A DNA stretch of 55,877 nt, taken from assembly GCA_037442925.1 (NCBI GenBank), contig JBBIPG010000006.1:1-55877 (forward strand), given 5' to 3'. Origin of the DNA: Candidatus Fraserbacteria bacterium (GTDB lineage: Bacteria; Bipolaricaulota; Bipolaricaulia; RBG-16-55-9). Below the pieces are notes generated by a model. The model was not told the DNA's origin. It did no database searches and was given only the letters and a program-made list of their open reading frames with translations. Both the position numbers and the translations under genes were made by a program. Within the stretch, counting starts at the first letter, position 1; every line of letters starts with the position of its first letter. Of the stretch, positions 25,492 to 33,677 are shown one piece after another.

Positions 25492-26451
25492 GTGAGGAAC
25501 AACAAAACGGTTCGGTTTTCCATCATCGTCCTGGCCTCGCTTTTCACAGCGATTACGGCGCTTGCCATCTACCTTCTCACGGTAGGCTTGGAACAGACCT
25601 TCACCGGCAGCGTCGCATGGCTTGCCCATTCCTTTGCGGATGAGGTTGCTCATCACACGGCAATGGCCAGTCAAGATGAGCAGACTTTGCAACAAGAATT
25701 AACGAACTGGGCAGAGAAAGTGGTCCAGGAGTATCTGCTTTACGCCCAAGTCGTCAAAGGTGGAAAAACTCTGGCAGAGGCCAGGGCCCCTCAGGCAATC
25801 AATCTGAAACTGGACGCGGAAACTCTCTCTTCGGAGATGTCTGTCACCAAGGGACGCCTAGCGGATGGGGTGCCGTACTTGGATATGCTCAAAGCGCTGG
25901 AGACGCCTGATGGAAGTGCCAATTCAGAAAGCTATCTACGCATAGGGGTCTCTCTGGCGCGGGTCAGTTCGGCGATTCAGATGGGGGCATTGATCCTCGC
26001 GCTTGCTGGCCTGATGGGCATCTTCCTCGGCGCTCTCCTGATGCTCCGTCTGAGCAAGGTCATGGCGGCACGAGAGTGGCAGCCGGCGACTGCCCTTGAG
26101 TTGGCACAGGCAAGTGCTGGGGTTGCTGACAACGGGCAGGGCAGGGACAACTCCCTCTGGCAGGTTGGCCAGTTGTTGATTGACGATCGCCGCAAAGAGG
26201 TGCGGATCAGCGGTCGCAGTGCCAAGCTGACTCCTCGAGAATACGCGGTGTTGAAGGTGTTAGCCTCTGAGCCCCAGAGGGTCTTCGCGGATCAAGAGAT
26301 CATCGCTCAGGTCTGGCCGGAGAATTCCTTGGCCTCCGCCGATGATGTCCGAAAATACATCCGGTTCTTGAGAAAAAAGCTGGAAGAAGACCCCACGCGT
26401 CCCCAGGTCATCGTAACCATCAAGGGTTTCGGCTATAAGCTCCAAGCCTAG
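25492..26451 (+). CDS. Membrane-anchored regulator: TM, extracytoplasmic domain, TM, then an OmpR/PhoB winged-helix DNA-binding domain
   Basis: Two hydrophobic helices; C-terminal 'LTPREYAVLKVL...VW...IRFLRKKLEEDP..PQVIVTIKGFGYKL'; no receiver domain. Confidence 0.85.
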   Translation: MRNNKTVRFSIIVLASLFTAITALAIYLLTVGLEQTFTGSVAWLAHSFADEVAHHTAMASQDEQTLQQELTNWAEKVVQEYLLYAQVVKGGKTLAEARAPQAINLKLDAETLSSEMSVTKGRLADGVPYLDMLKALETPDGSANSESYLRIGVSLARVSSAIQMGALILALAGLMGIFLGALLMLRLSKVMAAREWQPATALELAQASAGVADNGQGRDNSLWQVGQLLIDDRRKEVRISGRSAKLTPREYAVLKVLASEPQRVFADQEIIAQVWPENSLASADDVRKYIRFLRKKLEEDPTRPQVIVTIKGFGYKLQA

Positions 26452-26492
26452 CACGCGAATTCTACGCGCTTTTCACGGGATCCCCTCTCGTT

Positions 26493-26562
26493 TTCCCCCT
26501 GCCTTCCCTGGACTTTCCCCGCGGTAGCATCGTATTCCTAGTGTCGAAGATCTAAAGATCCT
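26493..26562 (+). promoter_or_regulatory. Candidate operator region: 11-bp-phased direct repeats plus a palindrome
   Basis: TTCCC at 26493, 26504 and 26515; TAGCAT at 26525; AAGATCT-AA-AGATCCT at 26547-26562. Confidence 0.5.
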
Positions 26563-26575
26563 AGAGTGATGAAAA

Positions 26576-27028
26576 GTGATCTATTCTAACGCCTGCGAGT
26601 ATGCGATTCGTGCGCTGACTCATCTGGCCTTACATCCGCAGGAGAAGCTGTGCAAGCAGATCGCAGCGAGTGAGGGGGTTCCCCCTTATTTCTTAAGCAA
26701 GATCCTGCACGTCTTGGTACGGGCCGGCCTATTGGAATCGACACCGGGGCCCAACGGCGGCTTTACGCTGGCTCGAATACCTGAAGAAATCGCGCTCTAT
26801 GAAATCAAGGCGGTGATTGACGGCGATCAAGATCTGTACGAGTGCGCGGCGGGCTTAGAACAGTGCTCCGACGAAAGCCCCTGCCCGCTCCATGAGAGCT
26901 GGAAGCCTCTGCGCCTACAGATCCAGCAGTATCTGCGCGCGACCACTTTGGCAGATCTGGCAGTAGCTGTACTAAACAAGCGGAACTATGCGAAATCAGA
27001 CAATGAGAAAGCAGGTGAAAGAGTATGA
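26576..27028 (+). CDS. Rrf2-family Fe-S transcriptional regulator
   Basis: 'EYAIRAL', 'FLSKIL..LVRAGLL.S..GPNGGFTLAR', and three Cys 'C-x6-C-x5-CPLH'. Confidence 0.93.
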   Translation: MIYSNACEYAIRALTHLALHPQEKLCKQIAASEGVPPYFLSKILHVLVRAGLLESTPGPNGGFTLARIPEEIALYEIKAVIDGDQDLYECAAGLEQCSDESPCPLHESWKPLRLQIQQYLRATTLADLAVAVLNKRNYAKSDNEKAGERV

Positions 27029-28194
27029 CGAAACGAGCGTTCGCCGCGTCGTCCTCTGACGCATCTCTCACCCGAAGGGCGTTTCTCCGATGGGGCTTGG
27101 CGACGGGGATGGCTGGGCTGATGGCCGGTGGATTCGCGCGCTGGGTCGGCGGTCGTGAGGTGAGCGAACCCCAAGTGCTCGTCGGCGATGTGCTGGGCTT
27201 TGCACTAAAGAGCGACGACTGGTCGGGAGATTTCGGGTTCGTGACCTTCCGGCTACAACTGGGCTTCTACAATGGCAAATTCGCTTACTTCATCCGCACC
27301 GATTGCTCCGATCGCGGTTTCGCTAAAGAGAACGGCCTGGTCTTCGTACCGCGCCTGCGGCACGCCTTGACTGTCCGCGGGGAGAAAGGAGAGAAGGCCG
27401 TCGGAGATATCTATCTCTTTGCTGAGGGCATTGTCACTTCGTCAGGCTACCAGCCACTTCCGGTCTTGAGCAGCGTCCCCGGCCAGTCTGATTACAGCCC
27501 ACTCTTTCGAGTCCACTATATCACCAGTGCACAAATCCCTGAACTGCTCGTCTCCAAACGAGCAATCGAGGCGAGTGTGCGAGTCGGGGAAGCCAAGGTT
27601 GAGACGACAGATATCGTGGTCAACTATCCCGTAGTCCGCTGGCCGATGATGACCTCCCCGCCTGGGAGCTCGCGCCTTCAGTTTGAGGGCTACACCGAGC
27701 TACCTCACGACACCGAACTCGAAGAATATCTGGGAGGCGGGCAGCTGATCGGCCCCGTTGATCTTCTCAAGCAGACGGTGACGTTTAAGCTCCAGAAGTG
27801 CTTCCCCAACTTCCGCTACATCGTCACCGACACCTCGATGGCGATGGGTGCTCAGATGATGCATATCGCCTACTCGCCGGGCACGGCACTCATTCATCAG
27901 CAGGCGTCCCGCGCTATGGCGCGGGTTTTTGTGTTTGGCAACGGCATCTCAGGCGGAGGGCCGATGGGCTTTCAGTCAAGCCTCATGGACCCGCCGGTAG
28001 GCCGAGTTGCTTGGTCGCCGCTATGGGATCACTTCACCGTGCTCTGGCAAGAGCCAAGCAGAGCGGTGCTCATCGAGGAACTCGGTGAACTCAACGGGCG
28101 GCTAGCAGCTGGAGAGCTTCAGCTTTTCAACGGGACACCAATGACTCATCCACAGGGGTTTGTTGTGAACTGCGCCGTTCCGGTGGAGTCGTAA
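27025..28194 (+). CDS. Tat-exported protein of unknown function with two internal repeats
   Basis: Twin-arginine 'TRRAFL'; duplicated motifs YSPLFRVH/WSPLWDHF and VVNYPV/VVNCAVP. Confidence 0.75.
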   Translation: MTKRAFAASSSDASLTRRAFLRWGLATGMAGLMAGGFARWVGGREVSEPQVLVGDVLGFALKSDDWSGDFGFVTFRLQLGFYNGKFAYFIRTDCSDRGFAKENGLVFVPRLRHALTVRGEKGEKAVGDIYLFAEGIVTSSGYQPLPVLSSVPGQSDYSPLFRVHYITSAQIPELLVSKRAIEASVRVGEAKVETTDIVVNYPVVRWPMMTSPPGSSRLQFEGYTELPHDTELEEYLGGGQLIGPVDLLKQTVTFKLQKCFPNFRYIVTDTSMAMGAQMMHIAYSPGTALIHQQASRAMARVFVFGNGISGGGPMGFQSSLMDPPVGRVAWSPLWDHFTVLWQEPSRAVLIEELGELNGRLAAGELQLFNGTPMTHPQGFVVNCAVPVES

Positions 28195-28245
28195 GAGGTT
28201 ACGAGTGATCAGAAACCAAACAACGCAAAAAGGAGGTGAAAGACG

Positions 28246-28869
28246 ATGACCAAACGAATCCTCAAACTAACGGTGGTGTTTGTCGTGGTCGGCCTTGCTG
28301 TCCTAGCGGCCTTCGTCGCCACCAACACCTGGAACTCACAGGCGACGGCCCAAACGCAGAAGGAGTTTCAGATGGTCGCCGTCGAATGGAAGACGACGAT
28401 CAGCAAGCCCTCCCCGTATGACCCCATTAACGATCGAGGGGAGCACCCTGTCGGTACAGGCCAGGCAAGAAACGAGATCAACCACTACGCCTGGGACCCG
28501 TCCTTCATTGTCGTCAATAAGGGTGATAAGGTCGTGCTGAAAATCCACGGTGTCAACGGAGACGTGCACGACATTGACATCGCGGGCGTTGACTTCACGA
28601 TCACCGGCCGCACAGGAATCGACGGCAAGGGCAAAGCGCCGATTGCCGCCAAACCTGAGGTCTTCACGCGTGGCGAGGAGATCACCGTCGAGTTTACTGC
28701 CACGGACGCCGGCCTCTTCGAGATCCTGTGCTCCATTCACGACGAGGCCTATGCCACGGCGGCCCGACCGGAGCTAAAGGACGACGGCGGAGTGACCCTA
28801 GACTCGGCGAAGAAGGTGGGCGACGCTGTCAAGGGCCCCATGATTGGGTATCTGTTGGTGCTGCCGTAG
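28246..28869 (+). CDS. Exported cupredoxin-fold protein with an atypical ligand loop
   Basis: Signal/TM helix, 'IVVNKGDKVVLKI', 'VHDI', 'GLFEILCSIH', 'MIGYLLV'; strong AAGGAGGTG RBS. Confidence 0.8.
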   Translation: MTKRILKLTVVFVVVGLAVLAAFVATNTWNSQATAQTQKEFQMVAVEWKTTISKPSPYDPINDRGEHPVGTGQARNEINHYAWDPSFIVVNKGDKVVLKIHGVNGDVHDIDIAGVDFTITGRTGIDGKGKAPIAAKPEVFTRGEEITVEFTATDAGLFEILCSIHDEAYATAARPELKDDGGVTLDSAKKVGDAVKGPMIGYLLVLP

Positions 28870-28887
28870 TCAGCACCAGATCAGAGT

Positions 28888-28922
28888 TGGGGAAGGGGAG
28901 AGGGAGGTGGTCCCCTTCCCCA
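28888..28922 (+). other. Intra-operon 12-bp perfect hairpin without a U-tract
   Basis: TGGGGAAGGGGA (28888-28899) / TCCCCTTCCCCA (28911-28922). Confidence 0.7.
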
Positions 28923-28953
28923 CCCTACATCTTGAGAGAAGAAGGGGTTTGAA

Positions 28954-29502
28954 ATGAATCGCATTCCGGCTGCGGTCTCGACTTTAGTGATTCTTACGCT
29001 CACTGTAGCCCTCATGAGCTGGATGTTCAGCAAAATCGCCGAGTATCCAGGCCTGCCCCGTGATGTCTCTCAGGGACTACCAGCTTGGTTTACGGCTCTA
29101 CAAGCCGTTTCTCAGCCACTCGCAGCAGGAACGCCAACGAATGAAAGCTCTAGTTCGAGTTCAACAGGAGCATCGGAGCAACTTTCAAGCAACTACGTGC
29201 AGGTGACGGGTGATGAAATCGAGATCGTGCTCAAGGAATACAAGCTGGTGCCGGACAAGATCATGGTTGGGCCGGGTAAGGTCACCTTTGTGCTGCGCAA
29301 TGAAGGACGGTTTTCGCACGACTTCCACATTGAAGGCCCTGGCGTGGATGTGCGAGCAGCCAAGTTCGGCCCCGGCCGCTCCATAAGAGTGGAAGTCACT
29401 TTGCAGGAAGGCGAGTACAAGATCAGCTGCCCACTCTCTAATCACGACGAGCGGGGCATGCATGGGACGGTGCTGGTGACGTTCAAGTCTGAAGGGGACT
29501 AA
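28954..29502 (+). CDS. Membrane-anchored cupredoxin (type 1 Cu)
   Basis: 'HDFHIEG' and 'CPLSNHDERGM' (C-x4-H-x4-M). Confidence 0.88.
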   Translation: MNRIPAAVSTLVILTLTVALMSWMFSKIAEYPGLPRDVSQGLPAWFTALQAVSQPLAAGTPTNESSSSSSTGASEQLSSNYVQVTGDEIEIVLKEYKLVPDKIMVGPGKVTFVLRNEGRFSHDFHIEGPGVDVRAAKFGPGRSIRVEVTLQEGEYKISCPLSNHDERGMHGTVLVTFKSEGD

Positions 29503-29503
29503 A

Positions 29504-30913
29504 ATGCCTATAGACATCCCGATTCTCGGGGCCCGCACCGCTTTGTGGCTGGTCGCCCAACTCCATCTCTTTTTTGCGGCCTTCGTGCTCGGCGCGCCCA
29601 TCTTCATCGTGATCAGCGAATATCTGGGCCTACGCACGAAAGATCAAAGATATGAGCGTCTGGCGCAAGAGACGATGAAAGTTGTGGCTATTGCCTACTC
29701 GCTCACGGCCATCTTTGGTGTGCTGTTTGCGTTCGTGCTCATGGGGCCCTACCAGTCCCTCGCGAATTATTTATTTAAGACCCTCTATCCCGTCTGGGCC
29801 CTGTACGGACTCTTCATTCTTTTGGAGACCGTCTGCATGTATCTCTACTGGTACACCTGGGAGCCTCTGAGCCAAACAGTGACGCAAAAGTGGGTGCACA
29901 TCGGCCTCGGCGTTCTTTTGAACATTCTGGGCACCGTCGTAATGCTGCTCATGAACGCCGTGGGTGGCTTCATGAATACTCCACCCAAGGAGATCGAGGC
30001 GGCAGGCCTTTGGGAGATGGTGAACAACGCCGCCTGGTGGCCACTCAACCTGCACCGCTTTCTTGGCAACGTGACCTTCGGAGGATTTGTGGTTGCGCTC
30101 TTTGCCGCCTTCATGTTTTTGACATCCAGAAAAGACGAAGATAGAGAGTTCTACGACTGGATGGGCTATATTGGCAATCTCATTGGCGTGGGCACTCTCA
30201 TGACGATGCCCCTGGCGGGTTATATTCTCTCGAAAGAGTTTTTTCTCTATGATGCGCAACTGGCCACCTTCATGATGGCCGATAAACTCTCGGGCTACTT
30301 CGTCATGCAAGGGCTTTTGGTTGTGCTGCTCTTTCTGGGGGCCAATTTTTATATGTGGCTTTCCATGCAGCGCATTGAGAGAGGTCTTCGTTTCGAGCCG
30401 CACATGAAGGCCATCTTCACCGTGCTCTTGGCCGGAGGCATCATCTGGGTGGTGCCGCAGAACTTCTTTCCAGATCTTTTGGCCAAGCCCCCACCGGGGG
30501 CAAGCGAGCAAGCGCTCATTTTGCCCGAGCGCTTTGCATTTCTGGGCTTGATGGTCGCCAAGGCGCTGGCCGTGACAGCGATTATTATTATGACCTTCGT
30601 GACGTATTTGCTCTATCGGCGGGCGCGCGCCACGGGAAAAATCTTGTGGGGCCGCATCGACCCCATGGCTCAGTATGTGCTGATCTTCATTCCCGCTGTC
30701 GCCGTATATCTGATGGGATTGATGGGAGCCATTCGAGAACTCACCCGCATGGACTATCATATTTACGGCTTGGTCAAAGACGTGACGCCTTACTGGTATA
30801 CAGCGACGTTAGGCCATTCGTCCCTTATGGTCGCAATCGCGACGGTGCTCTTATTTGTGCTACTGGCGTTCATCTTTGGCGTGGGGTTTGTGATGGGGAG
30901 AACTCATGAGTGA
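29504..30913 (+). CDS. Cytochrome bd subunit I (CydA)-like membrane protein, non-canonical
   Basis: 'AQLHLFFAAFVLG', 'LETVCMYLYWY', 'NAVGGFMNTP', 'NLHRFLGN', 'MGAIRELTR'; about 10 hydrophobic segments. Confidence 0.85.
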   Translation: MPIDIPILGARTALWLVAQLHLFFAAFVLGAPIFIVISEYLGLRTKDQRYERLAQETMKVVAIAYSLTAIFGVLFAFVLMGPYQSLANYLFKTLYPVWALYGLFILLETVCMYLYWYTWEPLSQTVTQKWVHIGLGVLLNILGTVVMLLMNAVGGFMNTPPKEIEAAGLWEMVNNAAWWPLNLHRFLGNVTFGGFVVALFAAFMFLTSRKDEDREFYDWMGYIGNLIGVGTLMTMPLAGYILSKEFFLYDAQLATFMMADKLSGYFVMQGLLVVLLFLGANFYMWLSMQRIERGLRFEPHMKAIFTVLLAGGIIWVVPQNFFPDLLAKPPPGASEQALILPERFAFLGLMVAKALAVTAIIIMTFVTYLLYRRARATGKILWGRIDPMAQYVLIFIPAVAVYLMGLMGAIRELTRMDYHIYGLVKDVTPYWYTATLGHSSLMVAIATVLLFVLLAFIFGVGFVMGRTHE

Positions 30914-31661
30914 TCCTGGCAGGATCTCCACAGCGCCGAAGAGTCTGTGGCAACGCATCAGGGGCCCTGTGATTTTTGCTGTTGTTAGCTTGACTGTAAT
31001 TTGGGGCCTGCTGCCGCGCGTGCCCCAGAACTGGGGGATTCAGTTTGGTGTGCCATATCTCGTGTTCTTCAGCTTGGCCGTGCTCAGCGCCACTCTCTTT
31101 TTCATTCTGCTCAATTGGGGACCGATTCGTCAGCCCAGCTCGCCGGTGATGACATTTATGAGCATTTTGCTCGTCTATGTGGCCACGGTCGGAGGGTTGG
31201 TGGCCTTCGGGCTTTGGTACTACCCCCAGTTTGAGATCCCCCAGTCTGCTGTTGAAACGGGTAAAGAACAAGAAGCAGAGATCGCCGCCGAAGAGCGAGG
31301 TAAAGAAGTCTTCTTGAGCCCCACGTTCGCCTGCTTTGCGTGTCACACCATTGTAGCGTTAGGCATCCGCGGTGGGCAGCGGGGGCCGGATCTCTCGGAT
31401 GTGGGCAGACAAGCAGAAACTCGCAAGACCGGCATGTCCGCCGAAGAGTATCTGAAAGAATCCCTTGTGAACCCGTGGGCCTGCTTTACGCCGCTACCCG
31501 GCAGTGAGCTCGCCGAGTGCCAGCCCGCAGCTGACGCCGCGACGACGTATCCCCAGTTAATGCCTCCTGGCTACGGAGATCGCCTAAGCGAAGAGCAACT
31601 GAAAGATCTTATCGCGTTCTTAAAGAGCCTGAAGGGAGTGCAAAGTGGCACAGAACGATAG
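30906..31661 (+). CDS. Membrane-anchored monoheme cytochrome c
   Basis: Three N-terminal TM helices, CFACH, 'GPDL', distal Met 'LMPP', 'LSEEQLKDLIAFL'. Confidence 0.9.
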   Translation: MSDPGRISTAPKSLWQRIRGPVIFAVVSLTVIWGLLPRVPQNWGIQFGVPYLVFFSLAVLSATLFFILLNWGPIRQPSSPVMTFMSILLVYVATVGGLVAFGLWYYPQFEIPQSAVETGKEQEAEIAAEERGKEVFLSPTFACFACHTIVALGIRGGQRGPDLSDVGRQAETRKTGMSAEEYLKESLVNPWACFTPLPGSELAECQPAADAATTYPQLMPPGYGDRLSEEQLKDLIAFLKSLKGVQSGTER

Positions 31662-32082
31662 AAGGGCAAAGGCAGAGAGTCCTCGCGACATCGCCTGGGG
31701 AGCAGTCTGGCTGGGCTATGGGATCGCTCTAGCAGGGACGCTGATCGCAGGAGCTTGGGGGCTCTTCTACGCGAATGAAGGCCTCTGGTGGGTGGCTGAG
31801 CGAGGCATGGTTTTTCTGTTCATCGGGGGCTTGGTAGCAGGAGTTGCGGCAAGGACTGGTGAGCCCTTACATGGTGCCTTCATCGCTGCCTTCTACTTTG
31901 GAACGGCTACGATCGTGATCTTCGTCGGGGAGTTTTTGGGTGTCTTGCCCGATCCATTGCCGGGTCTGCCGCGTGGAGATTCCACGTTCTTCTTCGTCTG
32001 GCCGCTGGGGCAACTTGTGGCAGCGACATTGGGAGTCGTGATCGGGGGGAATGCTTTCGGATTGCGGAAAGAGGTCCAATGA
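31645..32082 (+). CDS. Small four-TM membrane protein
   Basis: Hydrophobic 145 aa, overlapping both neighbours. Confidence 0.7.
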   Translation: MAQNDRRAKAESPRDIAWGAVWLGYGIALAGTLIAGAWGLFYANEGLWWVAERGMVFLFIGGLVAGVAARTGEPLHGAFIAAFYFGTATIVIFVGEFLGVLPDPLPGLPRGDSTFFFVWPLGQLVAATLGVVIGGNAFGLRKEVQ

Positions 32083-33236
32083 GAACCTTTAACGCCTTCG
32101 TGTTCTTCTTGGCCATGACCACGGGAGTGATGGCCTGGCAGACGGCTTCGGCTCAAGCAGAGGGCTTCGAGATCTGGGTCGCTAACCAGGGACTAGACAA
32201 AGTTCAGGTCCTTGACGGACGGACTTTTCAAATCATCGCTGAGATGGAGTTAGATCAAGATGGCCAACCGGCCACGAGCAAGCCCCATATGCTCCTGTTC
32301 AGCCCTAACTATCGTTATGCGTACGTGGCCAATGTGGGCACGGGCACCGTGACAATCATCGATGCGAAGACGCAAAAGATCGTAGCGCAAATCCCGACAG
32401 GCAAGGGCGCTCACGCCCCGGTGCCCTCTCCCAATGGCCAACGGGTCTTCGTGGCCAACCCGGGGGACAACACCGTGACGGAGATCCTGACGGACACGCG
32501 CCGCGGGATCTTCCAAGTGGGGCGGACAATCCCCACGGGAACTCGGCCCATTTGTTTGATGTTCACGGCTGATTCTAAAAAAGCGTACGTGAGCTTAGGG
32601 GGCGATCCCAAGGCCGAAGACCTGACTAAGACCGGCGGCATTGAGGTCATTGACGTTGATCAGGGAAAGGTCGTCAAGCGCTTTGAGAATACGGGCAAGA
32701 ACGGCTGCGGGGTCATACGCTCGAAAGACGGGCGGAAGATGTTTGCCAACGTTGGAGAACCTATCGACAAATGGATGGCCTTCGACACGAAGACCGACGA
32801 GATGCTCCACGTGGGCAGCACTGAGGTCAAAGACGCCCATGCCATGTGGATCAGCCCTAACGGGAAGGAACTGTGGATCTTCGGGCGCCAAGAGAATCAA
32901 GTTGCGATCTTCAGTACGGCCACCTATGCGAAGATGGGCACGTTTTCTGTAGGGGATAGGCCGGACATCGCAGACGCTACTCCCGATGGCAAGCTGCTCT
33001 TTGCAGCGCTGCGCGGCCAGGCGGTCACGGGAGATCCACATGCGCATTCGGGATCAACGGCGGGTGTGGCTGTCATCGAGGTGGCCAATAAGAAGCAAGT
33101 TCAGACAATTTCGCTCGCGGGCGATCCTCACGGTTTAGCGGTACGGCCTCTGCGAGCGGCGGGGCTGTCGGCCTCTGTGTTGTTGCTTCTGGCGTTGGTG
33201 GGCCTGCTGGTGGCCCTGTTGGTCCTCAAACGGTGA
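32079..33236 (+). CDS. Exported YVTN/YncE-type beta-propeller with a C-terminal membrane anchor
   Basis: Signal peptide, repeats 'YAYVAN', 'RVFVAN', 'KAYVS', and a hydrophobic C-terminal tail. Confidence 0.85.
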   Translation: MRTFNAFVFFLAMTTGVMAWQTASAQAEGFEIWVANQGLDKVQVLDGRTFQIIAEMELDQDGQPATSKPHMLLFSPNYRYAYVANVGTGTVTIIDAKTQKIVAQIPTGKGAHAPVPSPNGQRVFVANPGDNTVTEILTDTRRGIFQVGRTIPTGTRPICLMFTADSKKAYVSLGGDPKAEDLTKTGGIEVIDVDQGKVVKRFENTGKNGCGVIRSKDGRKMFANVGEPIDKWMAFDTKTDEMLHVGSTEVKDAHAMWISPNGKELWIFGRQENQVAIFSTATYAKMGTFSVGDRPDIADATPDGKLLFAALRGQAVTGDPHAHSGSTAGVAVIEVANKKQVQTISLAGDPHGLAVRPLRAAGLSASVLLLLALVGLLVALLVLKR

Positions 33237-33282
33237 AGGCGTGAAAAGAAGGTTTGCTGAGCATTCATGGAGGTGAGCTGCA

Positions 33283-33666
33283 ATGCCTGACATCCGGTTA
33301 ATCCTGGCTTTAGTGGTGGCGTCCCTCTTGCTCTTTATCGTTGTTCCTCAGTTTCTCCAACCTGCGCAAGAGGTCAACGTGAGTCTTAAAGAATGGGAGA
33401 TCGGTCCAAACGCGATTACCGTCAACACTGGCAAGATCAAGTTTGTCGTGACCAACGATGGAACGGTCGCTCACGGCTTCGAGATCGAAGGCATGATTAA
33501 GGGGCGGAAGTTCGAGCGAGAGATCGAGCCGTTCGATCCGGGGAAGGCGAAGACGCTGGTCGTCGAATTGCCACCCGGAGAGTACGAGGTCTACTGCCCT
33601 GTCGCTGGGCATAAGGAGAAAGGGATGGAAGGGACTCTAGTGGTTCAAGCACCTAGACCGTACTGA
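33283..33666 (+). CDS. Cupredoxin (type 1 Cu)
   Basis: 'HGFEIEG' and 'YCPVAGHKEKGM'. Confidence 0.9.
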   Translation: MPDIRLILALVVASLLLFIVVPQFLQPAQEVNVSLKEWEIGPNAITVNTGKIKFVVTNDGTVAHGFEIEGMIKGRKFEREIEPFDPGKAKTLVVELPPGEYEVYCPVAGHKEKGMEGTLVVQAPRPY

Positions 33667-33677
33667 AAGAGGCACAA

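Noticed and set aside
25204..25695. Full 163-aa minus-strand ORF as a real gene
   Set aside because: Both ends overlap well-supported plus-strand genes; only the central part shows paralogy.
29771..30760. 329-aa antisense ORF (and similar long antisense ORFs elsewhere)
   Set aside because: Shadow of a GC-rich membrane-protein gene; no motifs or RBS.
32079..33666. Calling this nosZ or nirS
   Set aside because: No CuA motif, no CxxCH in the propeller, too short, and no nos/nir accessory genes recognised.
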